50,898 nt of DNA from a virus (IMGVR_UViG_3300030372_003784:1-50898); one strand, 5' to 3'; counted from the stretch's first letter, positions 29,558 to 37,923 are shown. Translations and numbers: made by a program. Notes: generated by a model from the sequence alone, not told the origin.

Positions 29558-30780
29558 AGTCTATCTGCTAATACTCTGAACGCTCGTTCGGCAACTTGTG
29601 GTACAACACCGTTACCTAACAGTCTTAGTCTATCCATTCTGTTGGAAGCTGGGTCCACCCCACAGGTAATCCCATCAGTTGCTCCACCCATGATGGGTTG
29701 AGTTTGTTGGGGTTGCTTATCTGTGTAGTTATCCTCTTCTGTTTGCTGTTCTTTCCTGGGTGACTCATGTCCCTTGTTGATGGAGTTCCCCAAGACTCTT
29801 GGCTCTTCCCACTTGAACTGTTCTTTGTTGGGTCTGGCTGGCCAGCTTTCGGTAAGCCCTTCCTGTCCTTGTGTAGTGGTTCCCTCTGGACTTCGTACCC
29901 ATGTACTTGTGGATGGTTGCTCAGTCCCAACTGCCCATAGTTCGGGTTGTTCCCAATCTTTCCTCCTTCCGCTACGGTTGGCGTTGGCCAATTCTCCTCC
30001 TTGTATATCTCCACTGCCTTCGGATCTACTTGTTCTCTCAAGTTTGCAGGGCTCTTCCTGCCCTTGCGTGTTGTAGTTGCCTGCCTCCTCAAGGCTTCTT
30101 CCGATCTTGGAGCCATGCCATCCATCGTGTTGGGGGTCGCCCAATTCTCGTGTGTCGGCCAGTTGCATAGCTCTATGTCTGCTAAGTTCTCTGGCTTCCC
30201 CTTGTATGCTCGCCCACTTGGACCCTTCACATCTCTCGCTGTTGGAGTAGGCCATGATGAATACCCGCTTCCTCTGATGCGTGGCACCGACTTCACTCGC
30301 TGAGAATATTCCTGCCTCTGCTCTATAATCCAACTCCTCCAAGCTCCGAAGGACATACTTGAGAACTGATTCTCCATCGGCTGTCTTACTGCTGATGATT
30401 CCCTCGACGTTCTCAAGGAAGATGAGCTTGGGTCTACACTCTCTGATCCCTTCAAGGATGTAGGGGAACAGGTGTCTTGGGTCTTCTGTTCCTTCTCGCT
30501 TGCCTGCTGTTGAGAACGGCTGGCAGGGGAATCCACCACTGAGGATGTCAACGCATCCACGAAACTTTCTGAATGGGAATTCTTTAAGGTTCGTGAACAC
30601 AGGTGCTGGATGTATTTTATTCGCTTCCATCTTCGCAACCAAGTTGGCGATAGCGAAGGCTTCGATTTCGACATGAGCGATTTCTCGCACATCAGGGAGA
30701 ACTCTTCTGAGTCCACTTCCGATTCCCTCGTAACCACTACAGAGGGATAGGTGTCTGATATATTCTTTGGTATTATCCAC
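29548..30780 (-). CDS. C5-cytosine DNA methyltransferase, catalytic polypeptide (motifs I-VIII and X)
   Basis: LSLCSGYEG (I), GFPCQPFS (IV), ENV (VI), HQRKRVF (VIII), RLRLLGNGV (X); motif IX not seen in this frame. Confidence 0.9.
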   Translation of the reverse strand: MDNTKEYIRHLSLCSGYEGIGSGLRRVLPDVREIAHVEIEAFAIANLVAKMEANKIHPAPVFTNLKEFPFRKFRGCVDILSGGFPCQPFSTAGKREGTEDPRHLFPYILEGIRECRPKLIFLENVEGIISSKTADGESVLKYVLRSLEELDYRAEAGIFSASEVGATHQRKRVFIMAYSNSERCEGSKWASIQGEARELSRHRAMQLADTRELGDPQHDGWHGSKIGRSLEEAGNYNTQGQEEPCKLERTSRSEGSGDIQGGELANANRSGRRKDWEQPELWAVGTEQPSTSTWVRSPEGTTTQGQEGLTESWPARPNKEQFKWEEPRVLGNSINKGHESPRKEQQTEEDNYTDKQPQQTQPIMGGATDGITCGVDPASNRMDRLRLLGNGVVPQVAERAFRVLADRLCV

Positions 30781-30782
30781 AT
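29625..30782 (-). CDS. overlapping alternative-frame ORF, probable second methyltransferase polypeptide (WxTP repeats plus motif IX-like C-terminus)
   Basis: 385 stop-free codons; WPTPTARD, WATPNTMD, WPTPTVAE, WGTPSTRD repeats; LNPSWVEQLMGLPVGWT resembles motif IX. The true start may be internal. Confidence 0.65.
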   Translation of the reverse strand: MWIIPKNISDTYPSVVVTRESEVDSEEFSLMCEKSLMSKSKPSLSPTWLRRWKRIKYIQHLCSRTLKNSHSESFVDALTSSVVDSPASRSQQQASEKEQKTQDTCSPTSLKGSESVDPSSSSLRTSRESSAVRQPMENQFSSMSFGAWRSWIIEQRQEYSQRVKSVPRIRGSGYSSWPTPTARDVKGPSGRAYKGKPENLADIELCNWPTHENWATPNTMDGMAPRSEEALRRQATTTRKGRKSPANLREQVDPKAVEIYKEENWPTPTVAEGGKIGNNPNYGQLGLSNHPQVHGYEVQREPLHKDRKGLPKAGQPDPTKNSSSGKSQESWGTPSTRDMSHPGKNSKQKRITTQISNPNKLNPSWVEQLMGLPVGWTQLPTEWID

Positions 30783-30806
30783 TATTTGCTTTCTATTTTT
30801 TTGTTG

Positions 30807-31004
30807 TTATTGCTTATCATCCTCAAGGATCATGTTGAAATATTTATCTGCTATTTCTTCATTGTCTCCTTGGTATATGATTGTGTTTGGTTCTTTTTCT
30901 TTTACCCCCACAACTTTCCATATCTCATTACTACCATCGTAGAGAAGAGCTACAGATTTGAAGGAGAAAAATTCAACGGGTCTTTGATTTAGTATCGTTG
31001 ACAT
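30807..31004 (-). CDS. hypothetical protein
   Basis: 65-aa ORF in the leftward operon. Confidence 0.55.
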   Translation of the reverse strand: MSTILNQRPVEFFSFKSVALLYDGSNEIWKVVGVKEKEPNTIIYQGDNEEIADKYFNMILEDDKQ

Positions 31005-31092
31005 CTCTCTTTATATCTTTGGTCATGGCCATAAACCTGCACATAAAGATGCAGAATAATAACCACAGTATTGTTCCTATTAATATTATCAT
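30973..31092 (-). CDS. small single-pass membrane peptide (39 aa, not in the ORF track)
   Basis: MIILIGTILWLLFCIFMCRFMAMTKDIKRDVNDTKSKTR*; ATGA overlap with the stop of the preceding gene. Confidence 0.5.
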   Translation of the reverse strand: MIILIGTILWLLFCIFMCRFMAMTKDIKRDVNDTKSKTR

Positions 31093-31385
31093 TTTGTTTC
31101 TAGTTCATTTCTTATTTCTTGTAGCACTGGCACACCTTGCAGTAGTACCAAAGTTTTAACTTTGCCATACTGCCTCGCACAGTAGCCATGTGTTTTGTCA
31201 AACACGTCAGCCATTTCTCTGTATGTTAATCCTTCTTCTCTAACAAGGTACATAGCGATGGCAGTCCAAGGTGTTATCTTGTGCATGCTTGAGTTTAGTA
31301 GCGTCTGAACGCTGTAACCACATACCTTTGACACAGCCTCCAGTATTTTGTGTGGGTCTATTTCAGTTTTCTTTTTTAGTATCAT
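31089..31385 (-). CDS. stand-alone DnaA domain IV-like HTH protein
   Basis: ILEAVSKVCGYSVQTLL.S......IAMYLVREEGLTYREMADVFDKTH resembles the DnaA C-terminal domain; start set at ATG 31385. Confidence 0.65.
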   Translation of the reverse strand: MILKKKTEIDPHKILEAVSKVCGYSVQTLLNSSMHKITPWTAIAMYLVREEGLTYREMADVFDKTHGYCARQYGKVKTLVLLQGVPVLQEIRNELETK

Positions 31386-31551
31386 TATTTTTTTTGCCGT
31401 ATAGGACTCGTTCACCAATGACTTCAACACCATTGGCTTTGGTTATTATTGGGTAGATGTTGAATGTAATTTCTCCACCATCTTTATCACATACTCCATC
31501 GTATATAATTGGAAGACCTTGTGGTTTTACTTCTCTTACTATCCGTATCAT
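31363..31551 (-). CDS. hypothetical protein
   Basis: 62-aa ORF with A-rich leader. Confidence 0.5.
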   Translation of the reverse strand: MIRIVREVKPQGLPIIYDGVCDKDGGEITFNIYPIITKANGVEVIGERVLYGKKNNDTKKEN

Positions 31552-31563
31552 TTTTGTATTATA

Positions 31564-31977
31564 TTAGTTGATAAAATCAGAAGCATCAAGCTCCATTTTA
31601 TTTAGTGTTTTGTGAATCCACTCACTAAGGGTTATGGATTCAGGTTCGTATTGTCTTGTTATGATACAAGCCCAACCATCTACATGGTCATCATTGCCTG
31701 ACATAACACCAACAAGAATAGCTGTATCTCCCCACACCAGATGTTTACGTATAGTATTTCTGATGCAGAAACCTTCTAGCTCTTCTTCATTAGGACGTTG
31801 TATCAATACAGGAAACGTGCCTCCTGTTGCAGGGTCTGCTGAGATGGCAACCTTGTGTGGTTTTGATACATGCGCCCAACATTTGATACCTGCAATGTCC
31901 ATGTCAGCAAAGAATTTATCTTGATCTTCTACTGCAAAGTAATTGCTTCGTTCAAATGCATGGTTTTTTCTTATCAT
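31564..31977 (-). CDS. hypothetical protein
   Basis: 137-aa ORF preceded by the AACCTAAAC leader motif. Confidence 0.7.
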   Translation of the reverse strand: MIRKNHAFERSNYFAVEDQDKFFADMDIAGIKCWAHVSKPHKVAISADPATGGTFPVLIQRPNEEELEGFCIRNTIRKHLVWGDTAILVGVMSGNDDHVDGWACIITRQYEPESITLSEWIHKTLNKMELDASDFIN

Positions 31978-31999
31978 ATATTATTTGTGTTTAGGTTAA

Positions 32000-32119
32000 T
32001 AAAAAGAGTGCACCCTCATGGTTTGATTCAGGTGTTCAAATGACTAGTAAACCTAAAAACCAGTCGTTCGGAACTCTCTTCCGACTCTATTCCTGAATCA
32101 AACCAAGAAGGTGCACTCT
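32000..32119 (-). ncRNA. candidate structured RNA (long stem closing a three-way junction, followed by a U-tract)
   Basis: Outer stem of about 28 bp between 32005-32032 and 32092-32119, with one G-U and one mismatch on the minus strand; two inner hairpins (TCGGAA/TTCCGA and GACTGGT/ACTAGTC); U-tract directly 3'. Confidence 0.6.
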
Positions 32120-32158
32120 CTGTGAATCTATTGAATACCTACTTAGTTTTCAATGCTT

Positions 32159-32572
32159 TTATTTTACTTCAGCCTCTTGTAATTTTAAATAAAATTTGAC
32201 CGTGTTCTCCTTAAACTTGTAGACCTTATCGGTTCCTATCTCTTTAGCTAAGATTGGATACTTCTTTGATCTAGGTTTGAGCCCCCATACTTCGTATGAT
32301 TTACCACCTGTCTCAAAGGTTTTGAACAGATCATCAGGGGATAAGCCAAAGAGTTCAGCATTATCTTTGAACGCTATCTGATCTTTAGTTGTGGCTACCC
32401 CTTCCTCTGTTTCAATTGCCCCCTCTATCTTAATAGAGAAGTAGGTATCAGAATAACTGCAATGGCCTGCCGTTAGTTTGATTCCTTCTTTCTCTCCTAG
32501 CTCTTGAAGAACATGGTCGAGTTGTATTCTGAAGTCCTTGAGGAACTCTCTTGTTATGTTTTTTACTTTCAT
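32159..32572 (-). CDS. conserved hypothetical protein
   Basis: Start set at ATG 32572 after GAAAGTAAA; F...A..FGL..DDL...GLKPR..KYPI pattern. Confidence 0.7.
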   Translation of the reverse strand: MKVKNITREFLKDFRIQLDHVLQELGEKEGIKLTAGHCSYSDTYFSIKIEGAIETEEGVATTKDQIAFKDNAELFGLSPDDLFKTFETGGKSYEVWGLKPRSKKYPILAKEIGTDKVYKFKENTVKFYLKLQEAEVK

Positions 32573-32592
32573 TTTACTTTCTGGTTTGTTGT

Positions 32593-33438
32593 TTAGTGTA
32601 TGCCAATAGCTATTGGCACGTTGGTAAATGATTCTGATCCACAGGCATGGCCTTTTGGTGTACATGTATCACAGGTTCCTGGGCATACAAACACTCGCTT
32701 GCCTACTGCATTACGCACTGCTTTCGTATACTCCCGTGTCTTGAATCCTGCTTTCGCTGCAACTTTATCTATTGCTACAGCAAGGAAGTCACCTCTAGTA
32801 CATGGCAACTCCATCATCTGTCTACGAGTGGCCTCGCTGTATCTGCTACCACTCGACAGGTTGAGCTTGTAGTTAGGTGGGAATGGCTGACCAACCTCAT
32901 GCCAGTCTAAGAACACGTCCCAACTCTTACTGTACCCGTAAGCTTTGATGTCTGGTCGTAGCTCTAACATCTTGAACCAGAAGGCTAGTGTCTTTGTATC
33001 ATGGATGTCACCATCTACATATAGCCTGACAGTTATGTCTTTAGGTAGGTACTCCCATTCAAGTTCAATGGTTCCTGTATCATGGTTCAGGAGCCATAGG
33101 TTCTGTGCTTGTCTGAAGAAGGCAGCAGGGTATCGCCATGCCTTGAAGGAATAGCAGAACTTGCCACACTCTCCTGCACCAGGGCAGGAGACTAGTGGTA
33201 GTACAGACCACGCCTTGAAGGATAGCTTCTTGTTGCCATCGACAAACAAGGAGAACTCTGGTCTACCTGTATCTAAAAAGCGTTGGAACTTGTGAGCATA
33301 GTAAGCCCACGTTCCAACCTTTGTGATGTCACTTCCCTTTTCGGAAAGGACGTTCTCGTCTAGCCATTGTTCTAATGGCCATGTTTTATTTTCAGTCTGC
33401 ACCATACGGGCAAACTGCATTAGTTGCTTTCTGTTCAT
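32593..33438 (-). CDS. GP88-like (radical-SAM-like, Cys-rich) phage protein
   Basis: GNKKL, CPGAGECGKFCY, VRLYVDGD, YGYSK and C-terminal CPG.C.TC....C. Confidence 0.7.
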   Translation of the reverse strand: MNRKQLMQFARMVQTENKTWPLEQWLDENVLSEKGSDITKVGTWAYYAHKFQRFLDTGRPEFSLFVDGNKKLSFKAWSVLPLVSCPGAGECGKFCYSFKAWRYPAAFFRQAQNLWLLNHDTGTIELEWEYLPKDITVRLYVDGDIHDTKTLAFWFKMLELRPDIKAYGYSKSWDVFLDWHEVGQPFPPNYKLNLSSGSRYSEATRRQMMELPCTRGDFLAVAIDKVAAKAGFKTREYTKAVRNAVGKRVFVCPGTCDTCTPKGHACGSESFTNVPIAIGIH

Positions 33439-33445
33439 AAGATTA

Positions 33446-33946
33446 TTATTCCGCTTCTACTAAATCATCTATGGATAGTTTTTTACACAAATCTATTAAA
33501 GGAAGATGCCAGTTACTATTGACCCAATCAGGATGAACATGTTCTAGCTCGACAATACAATTGTTGTATTCATAAGGCCATGAGTCCTCATATATCCAAC
33601 CATCTTCCTCTTCTTCAATTTCCTCCCAAACTGAGAAGGTTGTCTTATAAGGTATGATACTCGTGTACTTAGATTTGAACTCATCTGACTCCATGTACTT
33701 CTCTCTTTCCTTATACTGCTTGTATGAATATGCACTAGAGGATAGATGTTCTTTATTGTGCTTCGTTATAATAGTTTGATCTTCTCGTGCTCTTATAGAC
33801 TTATCTACAAGATAAGCGAAGTCATCTACAATATCCCCGATAGTATACTTACTCTTCTCTTTACAGGGCTCATCATATAGCCCTCTTTCTTTTAAGAAAC
33901 CTTTGATATTCTCAAGGTCTTTTCGTGCTTGTTCGTTGTCTTTCAT
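33446..33946 (-). CDS. hypothetical protein
   Basis: 166-aa ORF with ATAATAAAATG leader. Confidence 0.7.
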   Translation of the reverse strand: MKDNEQARKDLENIKGFLKERGLYDEPCKEKSKYTIGDIVDDFAYLVDKSIRAREDQTIITKHNKEHLSSSAYSYKQYKEREKYMESDEFKSKYTSIIPYKTTFSVWEEIEEEEDGWIYEDSWPYEYNNCIVELEHVHPDWVNSNWHLPLIDLCKKLSIDDLVEAE

Positions 33947-33950
33947 TTTA

Positions 33951-34244
33951 TTATTTCTTTATGGTTAATTTATCAAGGGCTTTAGGCACGTCACCAAACA
34001 TGTGGTTGAGTGACTCTCCTCGCTTCTCTACGTAACCGAACTCCTTAAATGTTTCGGCTAGCTTTATAGCACCATGCATAGATACAGGGATTGAGGTTTC
34101 CTCTGTTCCATTATTCCACTCAAATATAAATTCGGAAGAGTGCTTCCCAGAAAGGTAGGTTTTAAAGGTCTTCATTTTATTTTTTTTATGTTGTTCTGCC
34201 AACCATTCATGGTATGGCTCATTGCTTATATGATTACTAGGCAT
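33951..34244 (-). CDS. hypothetical protein
   Basis: Tightly packed ORF; an internal start at MKTFK is possible. Confidence 0.6.
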   Translation of the reverse strand: MPSNHISNEPYHEWLAEQHKKNKMKTFKTYLSGKHSSEFIFEWNNGTEETSIPVSMHGAIKLAETFKEFGYVEKRGESLNHMFGDVPKALDKLTIKK

Positions 34245-34247
34245 TAC

Positions 34248-34802
34248 TTAAAAGTCCTCCAGTTTAGCTAGACGTTTCTGTGGTGAGCCATCTAGTCTCC
34301 AGTATACGTTTGATATCTCATCGTGTTTCATTGCTCGCTCGTAACCATTGGTCACGGGGTTACGGTTATAGGATATAATCCCATCAGTATCTCCCTTATC
34401 AAACAGGTAACCTTGAAACCTAGAGACTATAAACTCAGGTCCATTGGTATAGTTATTACAGAGTAAGAGTACACCTTCCATGACTGAATCATTTTGATCG
34501 ATGTAGTAACACTTCTGGTAACCTAATCGGGGGGTTATACAACCAGCTATCAGATGTCCTAAGTCTGGTGGACTTTGAACTTCTCCTTTACTGTATTTAT
34601 CTGCAAACATATCTGTCAGATATGATGCAATGTATACTGTTATATGTGGCACTGATTCAATTATAGGTTGATCCAGATGAGCAATCAGGGGGTCAGGCAA
34701 ATGCCACCCCTGACGGGTGTGTCTGTCATTGAATACATCCATGTCTGACTTGTTAGGTATTTCTAATTTCACATTTAGGGTTGGGTCTATTGTATCTTTC
34801 AT
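34248..34802 (-). CDS. hypothetical protein
   Basis: 184-aa ORF with AAACCTAACAAATAATAAAATG leader. Confidence 0.7.
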   Translation of the reverse strand: MKDTIDPTLNVKLEIPNKSDMDVFNDRHTRQGWHLPDPLIAHLDQPIIESVPHITVYIASYLTDMFADKYSKGEVQSPPDLGHLIAGCITPRLGYQKCYYIDQNDSVMEGVLLLCNNYTNGPEFIVSRFQGYLFDKGDTDGIISYNRNPVTNGYERAMKHDEISNVYWRLDGSPQKRLAKLEDF

Positions 34803-34806
34803 TTTA

Positions 34807-35043
34807 TTATTTGTTAGGTTTGCTTTCGTTGCATATCACTTCACCTTCTGTCTCTATCCACACCTTTGCACCACAGGACAATGGCTTGTCTGGTGAATAG
34901 ATGACAGTGCATGGCTCAGTGATGGTTACTGAATGACAATAAGTATTATCCTTGTATGTCTTCACTGTTATGACAGGCTCTCTGCTTCCTGTCTTCGCAT
35001 TACTTCGTATCTTGTGTTGGTTTATATGTATCTTCTTTTTCAT
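34807..35043 (-). CDS. conserved hypothetical phage protein
   Basis: IHINQH.IR.N.K....PVITVK...YSPDKPLSCGAKVWIET pattern common in aquatic phages. Confidence 0.75.
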   Translation of the reverse strand: MKKKIHINQHKIRSNAKTGSREPVITVKTYKDNTYCHSVTITEPCTVIYSPDKPLSCGAKVWIETEGEVICNESKPNK

Positions 35044-35258
35044 TTTATTCTTTTAGTTTCTACTATTTCACACAGATCCATCTGTACTTTATCAAGATCT
35101 ATGATTGACTCGCAGTATCCCAACACTTCTATGACATCACTCAAGACATCTTTATGCGTTAGGTTCTTGCCGTTCTGTTCGTGCCAAGGATTTTTACAGG
35201 CGTAAAATATGAACTTGTATACCTCTGGCTTTTCATCTTTTGGTTTTGCTTTACTCAT
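35040..35258 (-). CDS. hypothetical protein
   Basis: ATGA overlaps with both neighbours. Confidence 0.65.
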   Translation of the reverse strand: MSKAKPKDEKPEVYKFIFYACKNPWHEQNGKNLTHKDVLSDVIEVLGYCESIIDLDKVQMDLCEIVETKRIK

Positions 35259-35500
35259 TTTCTTTTTCTAGTTTCTATTAGTTTATATTCCCCATCTTTG
35301 TATTGTACTACAGACAGACGAACTACATCTTGGGTTGCTATGAGTTCACTCTTTGCGTCTGCAATCTGTTGGCTTGTCGGGATGTTCTCTGGATCATCCA
35401 TGTTTACAATTATGGTGAACGCTGCACCATCTTGGTTGTAGAGTTGCCATTCATATGGCATCCCGTTGCTTGTGTATTCTAAGTAGTCATCGTTTATCAT
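35255..35500 (-). CDS. hypothetical protein
   Basis: ATGA overlaps with both neighbours. Confidence 0.65.
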   Translation of the reverse strand: MINDDYLEYTSNGMPYEWQLYNQDGAAFTIIVNMDDPENIPTSQQIADAKSELIATQDVVRLSVVQYKDGEYKLIETRKRK

Positions 35501-35736
35501 ATCTTTTTCTTTGTGTTTTGTTTACTCAAGACCCACTTGTTTCCGACAGCTAGGTCATTCAAAAGATCTAGAGTCTTCTCTAAATTCTCTATCTCTTCTG
35601 ATGCTCCTGTGTGATCTGCTCCCTCCAGATCATCTACTCTCCACTTGATTAGCTCATACGCATGATCTAAATAATCAAGGGGTGGGTACCTGAGAAGGCT
35701 AAAGGGGGAGTCCTTAACGTTTCTATCTGTTGTCAT
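35497..35736 (-). CDS. hypothetical protein
   Basis: 79-aa ORF; its start region is one copy of a 31-bp direct repeat. Confidence 0.65.
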   Translation of the reverse strand: MTTDRNVKDSPFSLLRYPPLDYLDHAYELIKWRVDDLEGADHTGASEEIENLEKTLDLLNDLAVGNKWVLSKQNTKKKI

Positions 35737-35959
35737 ATTTTCTTTTTGTTTAGCTTGTGTATTCTACTGGGGTTGGCACGTCTTCTATGATTTCATAACA
35801 GCTTATTTTATTATGTCTTTTTCTTGCTGTTATCTTTTCTTCTTCTACATGTTTCAACGCATCCTTGTACGTGAACCATGCATGTATCTTCTCGTCACCG
35901 TTAGCATGTAGCAGGTGAACTTGGTATATTCTATCTGATGTCATATTTTCTTTTTGTTT
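35721..35959. repeat. 31-bp direct repeat pair (35721-35751 and 35929-35959)
   Basis: TTCTATCTG(T/A)TGTCATATTTTCTTTTTGTTT, 30 of 31 identical; each copy covers a leader plus the first five codons (MTTDR / MTSDR). Confidence 0.9.
35750..35944 (-). CDS. hypothetical protein
   Basis: Start set at ATG 35944 because it sits in the duplicated leader. Confidence 0.65.
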   Translation of the reverse strand: MTSDRIYQVHLLHANGDEKIHAWFTYKDALKHVEEEKITARKRHNKISCYEIIEDVPTPVEYTS

Positions 35960-36251
35960 TATTGATGTTGTGTTCATAATATTTCAGGTCATCCCTGTCA
36001 TCTTCTTGTCCAAAGTAAGCATGCCCAATGGTTACTTTGTGCAACTCTATGCCAAAGTAATCATTCAACTCCTTCATGGACTTGATGTGTTGTTTCTTGT
36101 CTCTGTTCCAACGTGGTGATATGTCTTTGTAGGCTCGCCATAAAGCTGACTTGGCTTCATGTGCTGTGTATCCTGTTGCAAGTAGCCCGTTGCAATCAAA
36201 GACTTCTTCACACTGGGCTATCCATATGTTCTTTTGTCTGTGTTGTTTCAT
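35931..36251 (-). CDS. hypothetical protein
   Basis: 106-aa ORF with ATGA overlap. Confidence 0.65.
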   Translation of the reverse strand: MKQHRQKNIWIAQCEEVFDCNGLLATGYTAHEAKSALWRAYKDISPRWNRDKKQHIKSMKELNDYFGIELHKVTIGHAYFGQEDDRDDLKYYEHNINKTKRKYDIR

Positions 36252-36652
36252 TTATCAAACGTAAGAATGTATTTGATTTCATTCTCAGTGAACTCAAGAA
36301 CCAAGTTCTTTACGTCCTCTAGCTGAATCATCTTCTCCAGATCATCAGCATCCATTGACTCAGAGCCATCATCTCCACCCCAAGTATGTCTCTTGGTCTC
36401 ATACCAATCGTCACATGTTTCAGGGTTGCACTCCTTAGCATAGGCTATCGGTCCATACTCCACACCACTACCACCAGGCATGTAGTATACTCCTTCATCA
36501 CCAACCAACACCACTGTTGGGTGCTCTACTCTTCCATTAATACACTGGCTGTATTGCCACAGCGACTTGTTCTCTTTGTCCCGTAAGGGATTCAGTCTTG
36601 CATAGTCAATGACCTCTTGCAGTTTATCTATATCGAATGTTAGTCTATTCAT
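36248..36652 (-). CDS. DUF3085-like protein
   Basis: LVGDEGVY...YA..CNP...DW......GGDD..E signature. Confidence 0.75.
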   Translation of the reverse strand: MNRLTFDIDKLQEVIDYARLNPLRDKENKSLWQYSQCINGRVEHPTVVLVGDEGVYYMPGGSGVEYGPIAYAKECNPETCDDWYETKRHTWGGDDGSESMDADDLEKMIQLEDVKNLVLEFTENEIKYILTFDK

Positions 36653-36673
36653 TTTATTATCTTGTTAGGTTAT

Positions 36674-36713
36674 AAAAAGAAAGCCACACCCCTAGCCGTA
36701 AGGAGTGTGGCTT
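36674..36713 (-). terminator. intrinsic terminator after the DUF932-like gene
   Basis: AAGCCACACTCCT-loop-AGGGGTGTGGCTT followed by TCTTTTT on the minus strand. Confidence 0.8.
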
Positions 36714-36730
36714 ATCTTAATTAGTTTTGT

Positions 36731-37864
36731 TTACTTCTTCTTTGTTGGTGCTTTCAATGCAGACACTGCATTCCATAAGCTGTCTGAGAACTCAAGCACT
36801 TCACCACCAGCCTTCTCAAGCTCAGACCTTCTACTGAATGACCCACTATCTTGAGCCGTCTCAGTTATAGCAGCCTGTAATCCAAAGGCGTTATCCTCTG
36901 AAGAGTTCCAGTTTGCTAAGGTATCTATCCTCTCTTGTTCTGTGAGTCCCACACGCTTACCAACTTCCTCAATAACAGTAGGCACATGCCCTGTTATCTT
37001 CCGCTTTTCTCCTGTCTCGATGATGGTAGCAATCTTAGTGTGGTAACTATCATCCAACGCTTTGAGTGTAGCCTCAGCGATTGATGCCCTGATAGACGCA
37101 ATCTCTGCCGCTTTAAACTCATCACCAAACACCTCACCAAACTTAGTATTTAGTTTGGCACCTCTGTGAACGAAGTTAACTTGGAACAAATCAATTGATC
37201 CAAACACACAACCATTCTCACAGAAGGCATCGAACAGGAAGGCTGAGTACTTTGCAGAACCCATCCCAACTTCTGAGTTGGTCAACTGAAAACCTGCAAA
37301 CAGGTCACGGTTACCAACTTTATATGTCTGCTCTCTGCTGATGAACTTGAGACAAGTCTTACTATCAGTACGCTGACCTCCCAACGTACGGAACTTATCC
37401 GCATGATCACCGATGACTTCCAACGCTGGAAGGAAAACATCAGGATCATCAACCACCTTGTACTTGTTTGATAGGAAAGCACGGGCAGTTGGTTCCTCGT
37501 TAACAACAGTACGGATAAACGCAGTGTCTTCACTGCGATCCAACTGCTTGTTAACATTATCAACCAACAACTCCTGCTGGCTTGTCTCATTCAAGTACCT
37601 ACTATAGGCAACCATTCCTGGTACACCTTTAGTACTAACACTCTTCGATGCCACTTGGCTCTGGAAGTGTTCGTTAGTATTGAACTCATGCTGGTCTCCC
37701 AACCGAACACGATACTGTCTGGCATCGGCATTCCAATGTAACCGTACTTGATTACGTGGGCATGCCCAGTCTTGCTTACGTGTGTTTCTTACACGGTCAA
37801 GTACCACATCAATATCATGGTTGTCGGCAGGTCTAGCAGTTGTCATTTCTGTATTTATATTCAT
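36731..37864 (-). CDS. DUF932-like protein
   Basis: RAFLSNKYKVVD and LTNSEVG.GS....F.F...CENG motifs. Confidence 0.7.
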   Translation of the reverse strand: MNINTEMTTARPADNHDIDVVLDRVRNTRKQDWACPRNQVRLHWNADARQYRVRLGDQHEFNTNEHFQSQVASKSVSTKGVPGMVAYSRYLNETSQQELLVDNVNKQLDRSEDTAFIRTVVNEEPTARAFLSNKYKVVDDPDVFLPALEVIGDHADKFRTLGGQRTDSKTCLKFISREQTYKVGNRDLFAGFQLTNSEVGMGSAKYSAFLFDAFCENGCVFGSIDLFQVNFVHRGAKLNTKFGEVFGDEFKAAEIASIRASIAEATLKALDDSYHTKIATIIETGEKRKITGHVPTVIEEVGKRVGLTEQERIDTLANWNSSEDNAFGLQAAITETAQDSGSFSRRSELEKAGGEVLEFSDSLWNAVSALKAPTKKK

Positions 37865-37923
37865 TGTTTTCTTTTGTTTAGGTTTGTTTATCTGACTACC
37901 AAATCATATGGCAGTCAAAATCT

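Noticed and set aside
29774-30303. Three plus-strand ORFs inside the methyltransferase
   Set aside because: Explained by the higher GC content and low stop density of a doubly coding region; no motifs or start context.
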